A DNA stretch of 64,000 nt from an uncultured Acidobacteriota bacterium (GCA_964651155.1 CAZYXB010000002.1:64377-128376), one strand, 5' to 3'. Shown: positions 19,809 to 32,357, numbered from the stretch's first letter. Program-made: numbers and translations. Notes: a model not told the origin generated them from the sequence alone.

Positions 19809-20850
19809 TCATGCCGAGTGGCGCCATCCGGGAAGCCCCACTCCGGGAGCGGGGCGTTCCCGCAGCACCTCCCGGCGGAAACGGAACAGCTCGGCCGGCC
19901 GTCCGCCGGTACGCGAATCAAACCTTCCGGAGCCCTCCACCAGGCCCCCGCTTTCCACGAGGCGGCGGAAGTTCTGCTTGTGCAGGCGCACCCCGGCCAG
20001 GGCCTCGACCACGCGCTGCAGCTGCAGCAGGGTGAACGTGGGGGGGAGCAGCTCGAACACCACCGGGCGGTACTTGAGTTTCCCGCGGAGGCGGCCCAGG
20101 GCGGTTGCCAGGATCCGCCGGTGGTCCAGGGCCATGGGCGTGCCGAGGCGGGGGGGGCCGTCTGCCGCATCGCCCGGGCTCCCGCCGGCTTTTCCCGCCG
20201 GGGACGCATCGGGATCGGGAGACCGGTCGCGGCGGGCTTCAAAGGCCAGGTCGACTTCGTAGATCAGCTCGTACCGTTCCAGGGCGCGTTCGGGAACCCA
20301 GGGCGCCCCGTGGAGCCCGAAATTGATGTCGCTCCGTTCGCGCCGTTCCCGCCGTGCCCCGGCGTCCGGCGACGACCGGATCCACCGCTCCAGTGCGGGG
20401 ACGATGTGCGCGTCGATCACCTTCGGCCTTCCGGTCCTCCAGTCCTCCCAGGGCAGGAACCGGTACCACGGGCGCCAGCGGGAGCGTCCGGTCCCCGAAG
20501 GCGTCTCCTCGCGCACCAGCGCCAGGTAGGCGATCGACAGGACCCTCGGCCCCCCCTCGGTTTCCGAAGGGTCCCTGTTTCGGTCCCCGAAGGTATAGAG
20601 CTGTTCGACGTAGCCCAGGTCCAGGCCGGCCTGTTCCCGGACCCAACGGCGCAGGCCCAGTTCCAGCGTCCGGTCGCCGGTCGGATCGAACGGGCCGAAG
20701 GGGATCGCTTCCGGTGTCGGCGAGCCCCGCCCCCGCTTGGGCGCAGGGGGGGAAGCCCCGGCCGCGGGCCGGACCGTCAGGATGCGGGGCGTTTCATCCG
20801 TGACGGTGACGATGACGGTGTTCAGTCCGATCACAACCGGCGGATACATG
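19809..20850 (-). CDS. Nudix-related transcriptional regulator-like protein (NrtR family: degenerate Nudix domain plus C-terminal winged helix)
   Basis: Real start MYPPVVIGLNTVIV at the ATG at 20850, preceded by a GGAGGAG RBS. The six-frame track fuses it into a 725-aa shadow ORF. The N-terminal region is Nudix-fold-like with a degenerate Nudix box (GDRTLELGLRRWVREQAGL). The C-terminus QNFRRLVESGGLVE...GRPAELFRF resembles the NrtR wHTH. Confidence 0.5.
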
Positions 20851-20896
20851 AGGACTCCTCCCCTTCGGGACCCGGGCGGCGCATGCGGCGGGCGGA

Positions 20897-22105
20897 CTAT
20901 TTCAGGTCTTTGCCCGTGTAGCCCAGGATGCGGCGCGCTACGATCAGCCGGTTGATCTGCCCCGTTCCCTCGAACAGGTCGATCACCTTGCCGTCGCGCA
21001 TCCACTTCTCGAGCAGAAGCCTGCGCGAATATCCGAGGTTGCCCATCAGCTCGACGCATTTCTGGGTGATCCTGGTCACGACGTCGCCCGCCTTCAGTTT
21101 GCTCATGGACGATTCGGCCGTGTTCGGCTTCTTCCGGTCGATGAGCCAGGAGGCTTTGAGCACCAGCAGCCACGCCGCGTCGAGCTGGGCCTCCATGTCG
21201 ACGATGTCCCGTTCGATCGCCGACAGCTGGTTCCGGGGACGGTCGTAGCCGATGGCGATGCCGTTGCCGGCCAGCTGCTCCTTGACGTATTCCAGCGCGG
21301 CCCTGGCGATGCCGACCCCGCTGGCGGCGGCCATGGGCCGCGCGCTGTCGAAAGTGGCCATGGCGCCCTTGAAGCTTTTGGCCTTCTGGGGATCCCCGGT
21401 GTTGCTCAGCATGTTTTCGAACGGTACCCTGCAGTTGTCCAGGACCACCACCGCCGTGTCGCTCGCCCGCAGGCCGAGCTTGTTTTCCAGACGTGCGATC
21501 TTGAGCCCCGGGTTGCCCGCTTCGACGACGAACAGCCGCATGCCCTTGCGCCCCGCCGCCGGGTCGATGGTGGCCCACACGATCATGATCCCCCCCGAAT
21601 CGATCATGGAAGCGCGGGCAGTGGAGACGAAAAGCTTCTCGCCGTCCAGGACCCAGCTGTCGCCGTCGAGGACCGCCCGGGTACGGATGGCCGAGGAGTC
21701 GCTGCCGCAGTGCGCCTCGGTCAGCGCCATGCTGGCCCAGGTGATCTCCGGGCCGTGGAAGCGCTCGAGGAACCGCTCGATCTGCTCCTCCGTCCCCGTG
21801 GCCAGGACCGCCGTGCCTCCCAGCGCCGGCCAGGGAAGGCACATGTAGAGGCCCTCGTCCCCCCAGGCCAGAGCCTCGAGCGTGTGCACCTGGGTCATGA
21901 ACGGCTCCTCGAAGTCCATCGATCCGGGGAGGAGGCAGCCCAGTTTGTGGCGGGCTTCGTCCCATATGAATCTGGCGAAATCCCACGGCACCTCGTGTTC
22001 GTGTTCGTCGTAGTGCCGGGCGTAGGGGCGGATCTGTTCCCGCGAAACCTTCTCGGCGTACTCCCGCTGCTGCCGGATTTCCGCGGACATCTCAAAGCTG
22101 ATCAT
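20897..22105 (-). CDS. Acyl-CoA dehydrogenase
   Basis: 402 aa. ACAD N, M and C domains. C-terminal FEGTGQINRLIVAR contains the catalytic Glu motif. Confidence 0.9.
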   Translation of the reverse strand: MISFEMSAEIRQQREYAEKVSREQIRPYARHYDEHEHEVPWDFARFIWDEARHKLGCLLPGSMDFEEPFMTQVHTLEALAWGDEGLYMCLPWPALGGTAVLATGTEEQIERFLERFHGPEITWASMALTEAHCGSDSSAIRTRAVLDGDSWVLDGEKLFVSTARASMIDSGGIMIVWATIDPAAGRKGMRLFVVEAGNPGLKIARLENKLGLRASDTAVVVLDNCRVPFENMLSNTGDPQKAKSFKGAMATFDSARPMAAASGVGIARAALEYVKEQLAGNGIAIGYDRPRNQLSAIERDIVDMEAQLDAAWLLVLKASWLIDRKKPNTAESSMSKLKAGDVVTRITQKCVELMGNLGYSRRLLLEKWMRDGKVIDLFEGTGQINRLIVARRILGYTGKDLK

Positions 22106-22126
22106 GGCCTTCTCCTCCTGGTGCGC

Positions 22127-23218
22127 CTAAACGATGGTGATCCCTTCCATGACCGCGAACCCGCGTGCGTTCCGCAGCCAGAGCTCCACGGGAAATTCCC
22201 GTGTGAATCCGTAGCCGCCCAGGATCTGCACGGCCCGGTCGGCGACGGTGACGGCCATGTCGCCGGTGAAATTGGCCGCCAGGTACGCGTCCCTCGTGGC
22301 GTCCTCCCCGCGTTCCAGTTTCCACGCCGCCCGCCAGACCATCAGCCGCGCGGCTTCCAGGTCCGTGGCCATTTCCGCCAGCATGAAGGCGATCGACTGC
22401 CGCCGCGCAATCGCCTCGCCGAAGGCCACCCGTTCCTTGGCGTACTCCCGGGCGTACTCGTACGCGGCGCGGGCGACCCCCAGGGCCATGGCCGACAGGC
22501 CGGTCTTTGAGGCGTTGAGGACCCTCTGGAAGTCGCAGCCCTGCGTGCCCCCCAGCCTCCGGGCGGCGGGGATCCTGCACTGCTCGAACGAGACCGTGAA
22601 CATGGGGAACGCATGCATGCCCATGTTCCGTTCGCGTTCCTTGACGAGCAGGCCCGGGGTGCCTTTGGGGACGAGGAACCCCTGGGTCCTCCCTTCGCAC
22701 GCGGCCCAGACCAGCATCCAGTCGGCTTCGGGCGCCAGGGGGACGTTGCACTTCGTGCCCGACAGCAGGTAGTCCCCGCCGCTGGGGCGCGCCGAAGCCT
22801 GCAGCCGGTTGGGGTCGAAGTCGAAGCGCGGCTCCATCAGGGCGGCCGACCCGGCCACATAGGCATCGCCGCAGAAGGCGGGGAGGATCTCCCTCTTCTG
22901 CTCCTCGGTCCCGCACATCAGCACCGGGAAGGCGACCAGGTTGGGGGCGGCAAGGACGAGGGCCGCGCTGAGGTCGCCCCATGCCAGCTCCTCGTCGGCC
23001 AGGACCCACGTGAGGGCGGAAGGGCCGCCGAATCCCCCGTAGGCTTCCGGGATGCTGGCGGGCAGAAGCCCCAGCTTCCAGCCCTCCAGAATCCATTCCG
23101 GGGCGGGTTCCCCCCGCTCGTCGCTCGGGCGCATGCGGCTGCGGAATTCCCGCTCCGCGAGCTTTCTTGCTTCGTCCACGATCAGTTTCTGTTCGTCGGT
23201 CGGTTCGAATGAGAACAT
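22127..23218 (-). CDS. Acyl-CoA dehydrogenase family protein (shorter, C-terminally truncated paralogue)
   Basis: 363 aa ACAD fold ending right after MEGITIV, so it lacks the final helix. AGGAGGAG RBS lies between the two ACAD genes. Confidence 0.8.
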   Translation of the reverse strand: MFSFEPTDEQKLIVDEARKLAEREFRSRMRPSDERGEPAPEWILEGWKLGLLPASIPEAYGGFGGPSALTWVLADEELAWGDLSAALVLAAPNLVAFPVLMCGTEEQKREILPAFCGDAYVAGSAALMEPRFDFDPNRLQASARPSGGDYLLSGTKCNVPLAPEADWMLVWAACEGRTQGFLVPKGTPGLLVKERERNMGMHAFPMFTVSFEQCRIPAARRLGGTQGCDFQRVLNASKTGLSAMALGVARAAYEYAREYAKERVAFGEAIARRQSIAFMLAEMATDLEAARLMVWRAAWKLERGEDATRDAYLAANFTGDMAVTVADRAVQILGGYGFTREFPVELWLRNARGFAVMEGITIV

Positions 23219-23231
23219 GCAACCACCTTTG

Positions 23232-24059
23232 CTAGTTTCTGAAGGACATTTCCCGGCTGCGGACCTCCCGCCCGTAGAAGAGGGTCGCCAGCCTGTCGAA
23301 TATCTCCGCCTTTTCGGAAGTGTAAAATTCCCGACGGCCGCGGCGGGAGCACCGGGCGGAGATTTCCCGATGGCGCCCCAGGTAGTCCACCAGGCTTTCG
23401 GCCACGATCGCCCCCTGGGACACGATGCGGACTCCGGGGGGGAGGTGCCGGGCGATGGTCTCCCCCAGGAGCGGGTAATGGGTGCATCCGAGGATGATGG
23501 TGTCGATGGCCGGGTCCGCCGCCAGGAGCCGGTCGACGTGCCGCTTCACGAAATACTCGGCGCCGGGCCCCGAGCATTCGTCGTTTTCGACCAGGGGCAC
23601 CCACATGGGGCAGGCTTCCTGCCGGACCGAAACGCCGGGGAAGAACCGCTCGATTTCCATCGGGTAGGAGTTCGACGCCACCGTTCCGGCCGTGGCCAGG
23701 ACCCCGATATGGCCCGACGGCGACAGGCGGCCGACGCGCTCGGTCACGGGCCGCAGGATCCCCAGGACGCGGCGCCGCGGGTCGATCCGCGGCAGGTCTT
23801 TCTGCTGGATGGTTCGGAGCGCTTTGGCCGCGGCCGTGTTGCAGGCGATGACGACGAGGGGGCAGTTGCGGGCGAACAGCCACCGCACGGCTTCCAGCGT
23901 GTAGGCGTATACGAGGTCGAAGGACCGGTTCCCGTAAGGGGTGCGCGCGTTGTCCCCCAGGTAGAGGAAGTCGTTGCCGGGCAGCGCCGCTTCGAGCGCC
24001 CGCAGTACCGTGAGCCCGCCGAATCCTGAGTCGAAAACTCCAATGGGACTGTACTCCAT
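23232..24059 (-). CDS. murI: Glutamate racemase
   Basis: IGVFDSGFGGLTV...VIACNTA...ILGCTHYPLL motifs. Confidence 0.9.
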   Translation of the reverse strand: MEYSPIGVFDSGFGGLTVLRALEAALPGNDFLYLGDNARTPYGNRSFDLVYAYTLEAVRWLFARNCPLVVIACNTAAAKALRTIQQKDLPRIDPRRRVLGILRPVTERVGRLSPSGHIGVLATAGTVASNSYPMEIERFFPGVSVRQEACPMWVPLVENDECSGPGAEYFVKRHVDRLLAADPAIDTIILGCTHYPLLGETIARHLPPGVRIVSQGAIVAESLVDYLGRHREISARCSRRGRREFYTSEKAEIFDRLATLFYGREVRSREMSFRN

Positions 24060-24071
24060 GCCGCTCCTGTA

Positions 24072-24635
24072 CTAGCGTTCGAGGTCCAGGGTGTCGAACA
24101 GGTCCTTGATGATGCGGGCCGTGAGCCCCCAGATCTGATTGGCGCCGTGGGAGTAGACAACCACATCCATCTCCCCTCCCGGGTAGCTTCTCTTCTCGGT
24201 GTGCAAACTCTTCGGGTCCAGGAATACGCCGAAGGGGACGCACAGGATCTCGGCCACCTCCTGGACCTGCCTGCGTGTTTCGAACGGGGTCCGGAGGAGG
24301 GCCACAAAAGGGGCCACGCGGAATTCCGTGACGGACCGGTAGTCGTGAAAACGCCCCAGCAGTTCGATCCTGTCTCGCGCGATGCCCACTTCCTCGAAAG
24401 TCTCCCTGAAGGCCGTCTCCAGAAGCGGCTCCCCCCCCTCCCGCATTCCCCCGGGGAAGGAGATCTGCCCCTTGTGCGTTTGCACGCCCTCGGTCCGGCG
24501 CGTCAGCAGCAGGCGGTACCCGCCGTCGGCCTCGAATACGGGTATGAGGACGGCGGCTTCCCGGACGTACCCGTTCGCCAGCTTCCGGAGCTCCAGCGAT
24601 GCCAGGCGTGTGCGAATGTGATCGATCGTGTTCAT
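24072..24635 (-). CDS. Nudix hydrolase, CoA pyrophosphatase-like (NudL family)
   Basis: Nudix box GGMREGGEPLLETAFRETFEEVGI. Start at the ATG at 24635 (MNTIDHI...); a GTG at 24665 is also possible. Confidence 0.75.
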   Translation of the reverse strand: MNTIDHIRTRLASLELRKLANGYVREAAVLIPVFEADGGYRLLLTRRTEGVQTHKGQISFPGGMREGGEPLLETAFRETFEEVGIARDRIELLGRFHDYRSVTEFRVAPFVALLRTPFETRRQVQEVAEILCVPFGVFLDPKSLHTEKRSYPGGEMDVVVYSHGANQIWGLTARIIKDLFDTLDLER

Positions 24636-24733
24636 TGGGCGATGGCCGCCATCCCGTGGCGTCACGGAAAAGAAAGATCATTATACCCGAATTGCCCGCG
24701 CGGCCCCAGCAAAGACTGGGGGCCGGGGCCGCC

Positions 24734-26104
24734 TCATTCCCCGTCCGCGCCGGCCGCCGGCGCCGCTGCGTTCTTCGTCCGGGACTCTTCGAGGATGGCC
24801 GCGACGCCGAGGGCGGTTCTTGAGACCGCGCCGCGGTTGCGGTCCAGGACGGAATACGCGGCACGTCCCATGGCCTCCCGTTTGGCCGGGTTTCCAAGCA
24901 GGAACCGGAACGCCTCCTGCAGCTGGTCCATCTGGCGGCCCCTGTCCTCGCATCCCGCCGTGACCTGCCGGATGCCGCCATGGGCGAGAAACTCCCGCAA
25001 AGCCGGCTGGAAGTTCTCCATCGAAGGCCCGACGACGATCGCTTTCGAATAGAGCGCCGGCTCCATGATGCTGTGGCCGCCATGGCGGACCAGGGTCCCG
25101 CCGACGAACACGACCGTGGCGAACCGGTAGGCGGCCGCGAGCTCCCCTATCGTGTCCAAAAGAATCACGGGCGCCCCGGGGGCGGCCACTGCCTGCGAGC
25201 GGCGGCCGAAGGCGAACCCTCTCCTGTCGATCAGCTGGGCGACGGCCTCGAACCTCTCGGGGTGCCGCGGGGCCAACAGCAGCCGGGTCCGTTCCAGACC
25301 GGGCGTGTTGCGCAGGTGGCCGAGCGCCTCGAGCAGCGCCTGCTCCTCGTTCGGGTGGGTGCTTCCAGCGACGATCAGGGGTGCCTCGGCCTCCGGCGGC
25401 CCGAGCAACGACTCCAGCGCGCGCGCGAGGGCCGCATTCTCCCCGCCTTCGACAATATCCCCGTCGAATTTGATGTTGCCCGTTGTCGTTGTCGTGGCGT
25501 CCGGGGCTCCCATGGCGCGGATCCTGGCGGCGTCTTCGGGCGACTGCATCATCAGGGCACGGTAGTGTCGCAGAACGTGCTTGAGGAACGGGCGCAGACG
25601 GCGATAGTACCGGAAGGATGCCCTGGAGATGCGGCCGTTGACCAGCACGACGGGGATGCCCCGGCGGTCGGCCAGGCGCAGAAGGTTCGGCCAGATCTCC
25701 GTGTCGACGATAACGACCATTGCCGGCCGTATCCGGTCCAGCACGCGTCCGACCACAAAGCCGAGATCCACGGGGAAGAAGAACGTGTTGCGGCGCCCGT
25801 ACTCCGCGAAGCGCTCGGCTGCGACGGCGTGCCCGGTCGGGGTGGTCGTCGAAAACACGAAGCGCGCTCCGGGGAACCTCCCGTGGAGGGCCTTCACCAG
25901 CGGTTGGAGGCTCAGGGTTTCCCCGACAGAACAGGAGTGGAACCATACCGTGGCGCGCCCGTCCGAACGCAGGCCTTCCGGCAGGCATCCCAGGCGCTCG
26001 GCGAAGCCTTCGAGCCCCGAGCTGCGGCGCCATGCCCTGACCACGAACAGCGGGAGCAGGAGGATGCTCCAGACGGCGAGCAGGAAACTGTAGAGCAGAT
26101 ACAT
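24734..26104 (-). CDS. waaA: 3-deoxy-D-manno-octulosonic acid (Kdo) transferase
   Basis: Start MYLLYSFLLAVWSILLLP (membrane anchor), then HSCSVGE...N-terminal KdtA domain and C-terminal GT-B domain. The long ORF-track N-terminal extension is rejected. Confidence 0.85.
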   Translation of the reverse strand: MYLLYSFLLAVWSILLLPLFVVRAWRRSSGLEGFAERLGCLPEGLRSDGRATVWFHSCSVGETLSLQPLVKALHGRFPGARFVFSTTTPTGHAVAAERFAEYGRRNTFFFPVDLGFVVGRVLDRIRPAMVVIVDTEIWPNLLRLADRRGIPVVLVNGRISRASFRYYRRLRPFLKHVLRHYRALMMQSPEDAARIRAMGAPDATTTTTGNIKFDGDIVEGGENAALARALESLLGPPEAEAPLIVAGSTHPNEEQALLEALGHLRNTPGLERTRLLLAPRHPERFEAVAQLIDRRGFAFGRRSQAVAAPGAPVILLDTIGELAAAYRFATVVFVGGTLVRHGGHSIMEPALYSKAIVVGPSMENFQPALREFLAHGGIRQVTAGCEDRGRQMDQLQEAFRFLLGNPAKREAMGRAAYSVLDRNRGAVSRTALGVAAILEESRTKNAAAPAAGADGE

Positions 26105-26175
26105 GGAACACCTCGCCCCGTCGCACCGCGGAGGGTGGCGGGGGATTCGGACTCGGGGCTCGGCCCCCTGTCTTT

Positions 26176-26934
26176 CTAGCACCGGGGCGTCTCCGCCGCG
26201 AAAAACGCTACGGCTCTCCGGAGGTCCTCTTCCGTGTCGACCCCGACCGTGTCGTAGGGCGTCTCCTGGACGAGAATGTCGATGCCGTTCTCGAGCAGGC
26301 GCAGCTGTTCGAGCTTCTCCGCCTGCTCCAGCGGGGAGGGGGGCAGGCGGTGAAAACGCTCGAGCGCCGAGCGCCGGTATGCGTAGAGCCCCAGGTGCTT
26401 GTAGTAGGGACAGGTGCGCGTCCCCTCGCGGCGGTACGGGACGGGCAGCCGCGAAAAATAGAGCGCCCGCCCCCCGGCTCCGGTGACGACCTTCACGCAG
26501 TTGGGATCCTGCGCTGCGGCGTCGTCGAGGACCGTCTTCAGCGTGGTGACGTCGCCTTTGCCTGCGAGGATCGGGCCGAGCAGGCATTCGATGTGTTCGG
26601 CGCGCACGGTCGGCTCATCGGCCTGGATGTTGACGTAAATGTCCCCGTCGGTCCGCAGCAGGACCTCGTGGATCCGGTCGCTGCCGCAGGCGTGGTTCCC
26701 CGTGCGGATCGATGGGATGCCCCGTCGGGCGCAGTGCCCCAGGATCCTCTCGCTGTCGGTGGCCACCACCAGCTCCGTGAGCAGGGGCGATCGGCGCGCC
26801 CGCTCGTAGACCCAGTCGAGCATCGCCCGGTCCCCGATCCGGCAAAGGACCTTGCCCGGAAGCCTTTGGGAATCCATGTGGGCGGGTATGACGCCGATGA
26901 TCTTGGTTGTTCCTTGCCGCATAGCCCCCGCCAT
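26176..26934 (-). CDS. kdsB: 3-deoxy-manno-octulosonate cytidylyltransferase (CMP-Kdo synthetase)
   Basis: [18 protein letters not shown]...Full-length KdsB similarity. Start is ambiguous among ATGs at 26922, 26934 and 26952. Confidence 0.85.
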   Translation of the reverse strand: MAGAMRQGTTKIIGVIPAHMDSQRLPGKVLCRIGDRAMLDWVYERARRSPLLTELVVATDSERILGHCARRGIPSIRTGNHACGSDRIHEVLLRTDGDIYVNIQADEPTVRAEHIECLLGPILAGKGDVTTLKTVLDDAAAQDPNCVKVVTGAGGRALYFSRLPVPYRREGTRTCPYYKHLGLYAYRRSALERFHRLPPSPLEQAEKLEQLRLLENGIDILVQETPYDTVGVDTEEDLRRAVAFFAAETPRC

Positions 26935-27065
26935 TACAAAAAGAGTGCCCATTATCCCACACGACGGCCCCGGATGCGTGTAATAATAGTGGGGGCGGCC
27001 TGCCCGATGCGGGACCCTGCCGGCCAATGCCGGTTCCGCCCTGTTCCCCGGAGTCGAGGAATCCC

Positions 27066-29771
<2,706 letters not shown>

Positions 29772-29948
29772 GGCCGGCGGGGCGTGCCTTTGTCCCGCCT
29801 GAAACCGGAATCCCGGGTGCGCATGCGCCGGCGGTGATATAGAATGGTTCGTGGTACCGGGACACGCGGCTGTGCCCCGGAGGGTGTTGTCCCAGATGCG
29901 GCGCCGCCGGCAGACCCGACGGGCGCCCGAAAGAATCGGAGGAGTTCT

Positions 29949-30386
29949 ATGAAAGTGCCGCAGTACGTTACGGTCGAAGAAGTCCGGAGGGTGTGCAAGG
30001 AGCTCAAGATCAGGGACTGGACGAAACTCAAGCAGACCAAGGTCCTGCCCAGGGAGGCGAAAACGATCCTGGCCTTTGCGAACCCTTCGAAACTGAAGAT
30101 CGACCCGGAGGATTTCCGCATCGGGCTGGAGGTCGAACTCGAGCATGGCTTCATGTACAAGGATGCCAATGTGACCAACAACCATCCCATCCTGACGGGT
30201 CTCATCGTGATGGCGCACTTCCACGAATCCCTGGACTATTACAAGCTCCTGGACGTTGCGGAGATGGAAGGGGACCTCGTGAAGGCGGTGGCGGCGGGCG
30301 ACGCGGCCAAGGTCAAGAAATATTTCGGGAAGCTCGCGGCGGCCCGCATCGTTCTGAACCAGGCCGAACTGAAGCGGATCCGGTAG
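29949..30386 (+). CDS. Conserved hypothetical protein (145 aa, cytoplasmic, ELEHG motif)
   Basis: Strong GGAGGAG RBS 5 nt upstream of the ATG at 29949. Protein-like composition. The ORF-track start at 29844 is rejected. Confidence 0.55.
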   Translation: MKVPQYVTVEEVRRVCKELKIRDWTKLKQTKVLPREAKTILAFANPSKLKIDPEDFRIGLEVELEHGFMYKDANVTNNHPILTGLIVMAHFHESLDYYKLLDVAEMEGDLVKAVAAGDAAKVKKYFGKLAAARIVLNQAELKRIR

Positions 30387-30450
30387 GGTCTTGCTTCCGC
30401 AGCGAAGCCGGGGGCCCCGCCGCCGGTGCGCCCGGGGGCGGGGATCGCGC

Positions 30451-31329
30451 CTAGTCCGGCAGCGTTTCCGCCAGGGAGATCCGGAGCCCCTCGACGGCCG
30501 ACGCCCGGAGAAATATCTCCTTCTCCCCTTTTGCCCCCAGGAGCCCTCGGCTGTCGAGGAAGCTCTCCGCGCGGGCGAGCGATCGCACCCGGAAAATGGT
30601 CTTCTGGATCCCGTTTGCCGGACCCCGGACGATGCGGAAGGCTGGCCCGCGCTCGGCCCGCATGTAGCCGTCCGGCCCCGGCGGGCCGAGCAGGCGCGCC
30701 CATGCCCTCCTGGCGGCGTCGACGTCGTCGGACTCGAGCACCAGGGCGTAGGTCGCCAGGATGCCGAGCGGGCCGCCGCCGTCCAGGGCCAGGCGGTTGC
30801 CGAACTGTTTCCGCCGGACTTCCATGTTGAGGAACTCGGGGCTGTATTCGAACAGCGTGACCACAAAGGCCTCGTGCGAAAGCGCGGGCAGGCGCACCCT
30901 CATCCAGACGGGCCCCTCGCTCCCGTCCGGGAGGGCGGCGAGGTGGATCTCCGGCGGATCGTGGGGGAACCCAGCGGCCCGGAGATCGGCCAAAGCGTTC
31001 GCCAGCAGGCCGGGCTCCAGGGAAAGGGAGGCGAAGCGCGCCGGCGCCGGTCGCCTCTTCCTGTCGCCGTAGCGATAGAACTCCAGGATCACGTCCCCGG
31101 CGCTGACGCTGCCGCTGGTATAGGTTTCCTGTTCCGCGACAGGCCGGTCTACGGGCAGCTGCAGTGTGTCCCGGCAGAAGGCCACGAGCGCCCCGGGATC
31201 GTTCGACTCGATCAGCACGCGGTCCGCCTGGCGGATCAGGGGAGCCCGCTGCGGCTGCGCCGGGGCGACCAGGCAGCATGCGGCCGTCAGGGCACAGGCG
31301 GCGATAGGAAGGATGCGCTGTCGGTCCAT
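30451..31329 (-). CDS. Secreted hypothetical protein (signal peptide; possible tandem glyoxalase/VOC-like halves)
   Basis: MDRQRILPIAACALTAACCLVAPAQ is a signal peptide. GAGGAG RBS. No confident family assignment. Confidence 0.5.
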   Translation of the reverse strand: MDRQRILPIAACALTAACCLVAPAQPQRAPLIRQADRVLIESNDPGALVAFCRDTLQLPVDRPVAEQETYTSGSVSAGDVILEFYRYGDRKRRPAPARFASLSLEPGLLANALADLRAAGFPHDPPEIHLAALPDGSEGPVWMRVRLPALSHEAFVVTLFEYSPEFLNMEVRRKQFGNRLALDGGGPLGILATYALVLESDDVDAARRAWARLLGPPGPDGYMRAERGPAFRIVRGPANGIQKTIFRVRSLARAESFLDSRGLLGAKGEKEIFLRASAVEGLRISLAETLPD

Positions 31330-31352
31330 GTCGTCTCCTCGGTTCTATTGTA

Positions 31353-32357
31353 TCAGATGCGCGGGGGCCGGCCGCCCGGCGCGATGACGGCGATGCAGCG
31401 GGACGCAAGCCGGCGCAGTTCCGGCAGCGTCCCCGCCCCGGATGCCGCCCGGTGCAGATTCGAAAGGCCGGGGCGGACGTGGGCGAGGTAGGTGGCCATC
31501 CCGCGCGTGATTCCGAGGAACCCGTAGGCACCCAGGGCCTGCATCAGGCGCTGGGCGGAAGCCTCCAGAAACGCCCCCAGAAACGCATCCCAATCCATGC
31601 CGGCGACCGACAGCCCGTAGTAGAACCGCAGCAGCTCCTCCCGCTGGCCCTCCGTACAATCGACATAGGGATCGTACAGAAGGGACCCCAGGTCGTAGAA
31701 GAAGGTGCCGAAGCGCATGCCCTGGCAGTCGATCAGGAAGGGGTTCCCGTCGCGCACCATGATGTTCTGCGACTGCAGGTCCCGGTGCACCAGGCAGCGC
31801 GGCAGGGCGGCCAGCCTCTCGGACAGGGCCTCGAGCTCCTGCCGGAGCCCCGCGCCCTGGGCACCCCCCGGATCGATCCCGCAGAGCCGTCCGACGCAGT
31901 GCTCGAGGAAATAGTCGTGCTCCCACCGGTACAGGGCCGTGCCGAAAGGCTCGCAGAGCCGCACGCGGTTCGCGGGGAAAAGGTTTTCGGGAAAGGCGTG
32001 CAGGCGCCCGGCGGCGGCCAGGGCCTTCCGGTACAGGTCCCGGCGGGTCTCCCATCCGGAGCGTCTCAGCGCCCACAGATCCGTGTCCCCGAGGTCCTCG
32101 AGCAGGATGAAGCGGTGTACGGGATCGTGTTCCAGCACGCGCGCCGTCGGGACGCCGATGCTTTCGAGGAACCGGGAGATGTCGGCGCTGCAGGCGTTTT
32201 CGGGCCGCTTCGCATCGTAGTGCATCAGGATCGCCGAACGCGCTGCGTCCCACCGCAGGCGGAAATAGGACCGGTCCGACCCCCTGTGGGGAAACGGGGC
32301 CAGCGAGATCGCCGCCGCCGGGGCAAGCCCGAGGGCCTTCCGGGCAAATGCCTCCAT
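31353..32357 (-). CDS. Aminoglycoside-phosphotransferase-family kinase, AmgK-like (N-acetylmuramate/N-acetylglucosamine 1-kinase candidate)
   Basis: APH/ChoK fold motifs: LVHRDLQSQNIMV (catalytic loop HRDxxxxN) and IDCQGMRFG (DFG-like). Start at the ATG at 32357, overlapping the upstream nucleotidyltransferase stop. Confidence 0.6.
   Translation of the reverse strand: MEAFARKALGLAPAAAISLAPFPHRGSDRSYFRLRWDAARSAILMHYDAKRPENACSADISRFLESIGVPTARVLEHDPVHRFILLEDLGDTDLWALRRSGWETRRDLYRKALAAAGRLHAFPENLFPANRVRLCEPFGTALYRWEHDYFLEHCVGRLCGIDPGGAQGAGLRQELEALSERLAALPRCLVHRDLQSQNIMVRDGNPFLIDCQGMRFGTFFYDLGSLLYDPYVDCTEGQREELLRFYYGLSVAGMDWDAFLGAFLEASAQRLMQALGAYGFLGITRGMATYLAHVRPGLSNLHRAASGAGTLPELRRLASRCIAVIAPGGRPPRI

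Noticed and set aside
20851-21986. N-terminal 378 aa of the 725-aa minus-strand ORF (19809-21986)
   Set aside because: This part overlaps the acyl-CoA dehydrogenase in another frame and is G/R/P-rich junk. Only the C-terminal 347 aa (from MYPPVVIG, with its own RBS) form a real gene.
24980-26179. 399-aa plus-strand ORF opposite waaA
   Set aside because: It is antisense to Kdo transferase.
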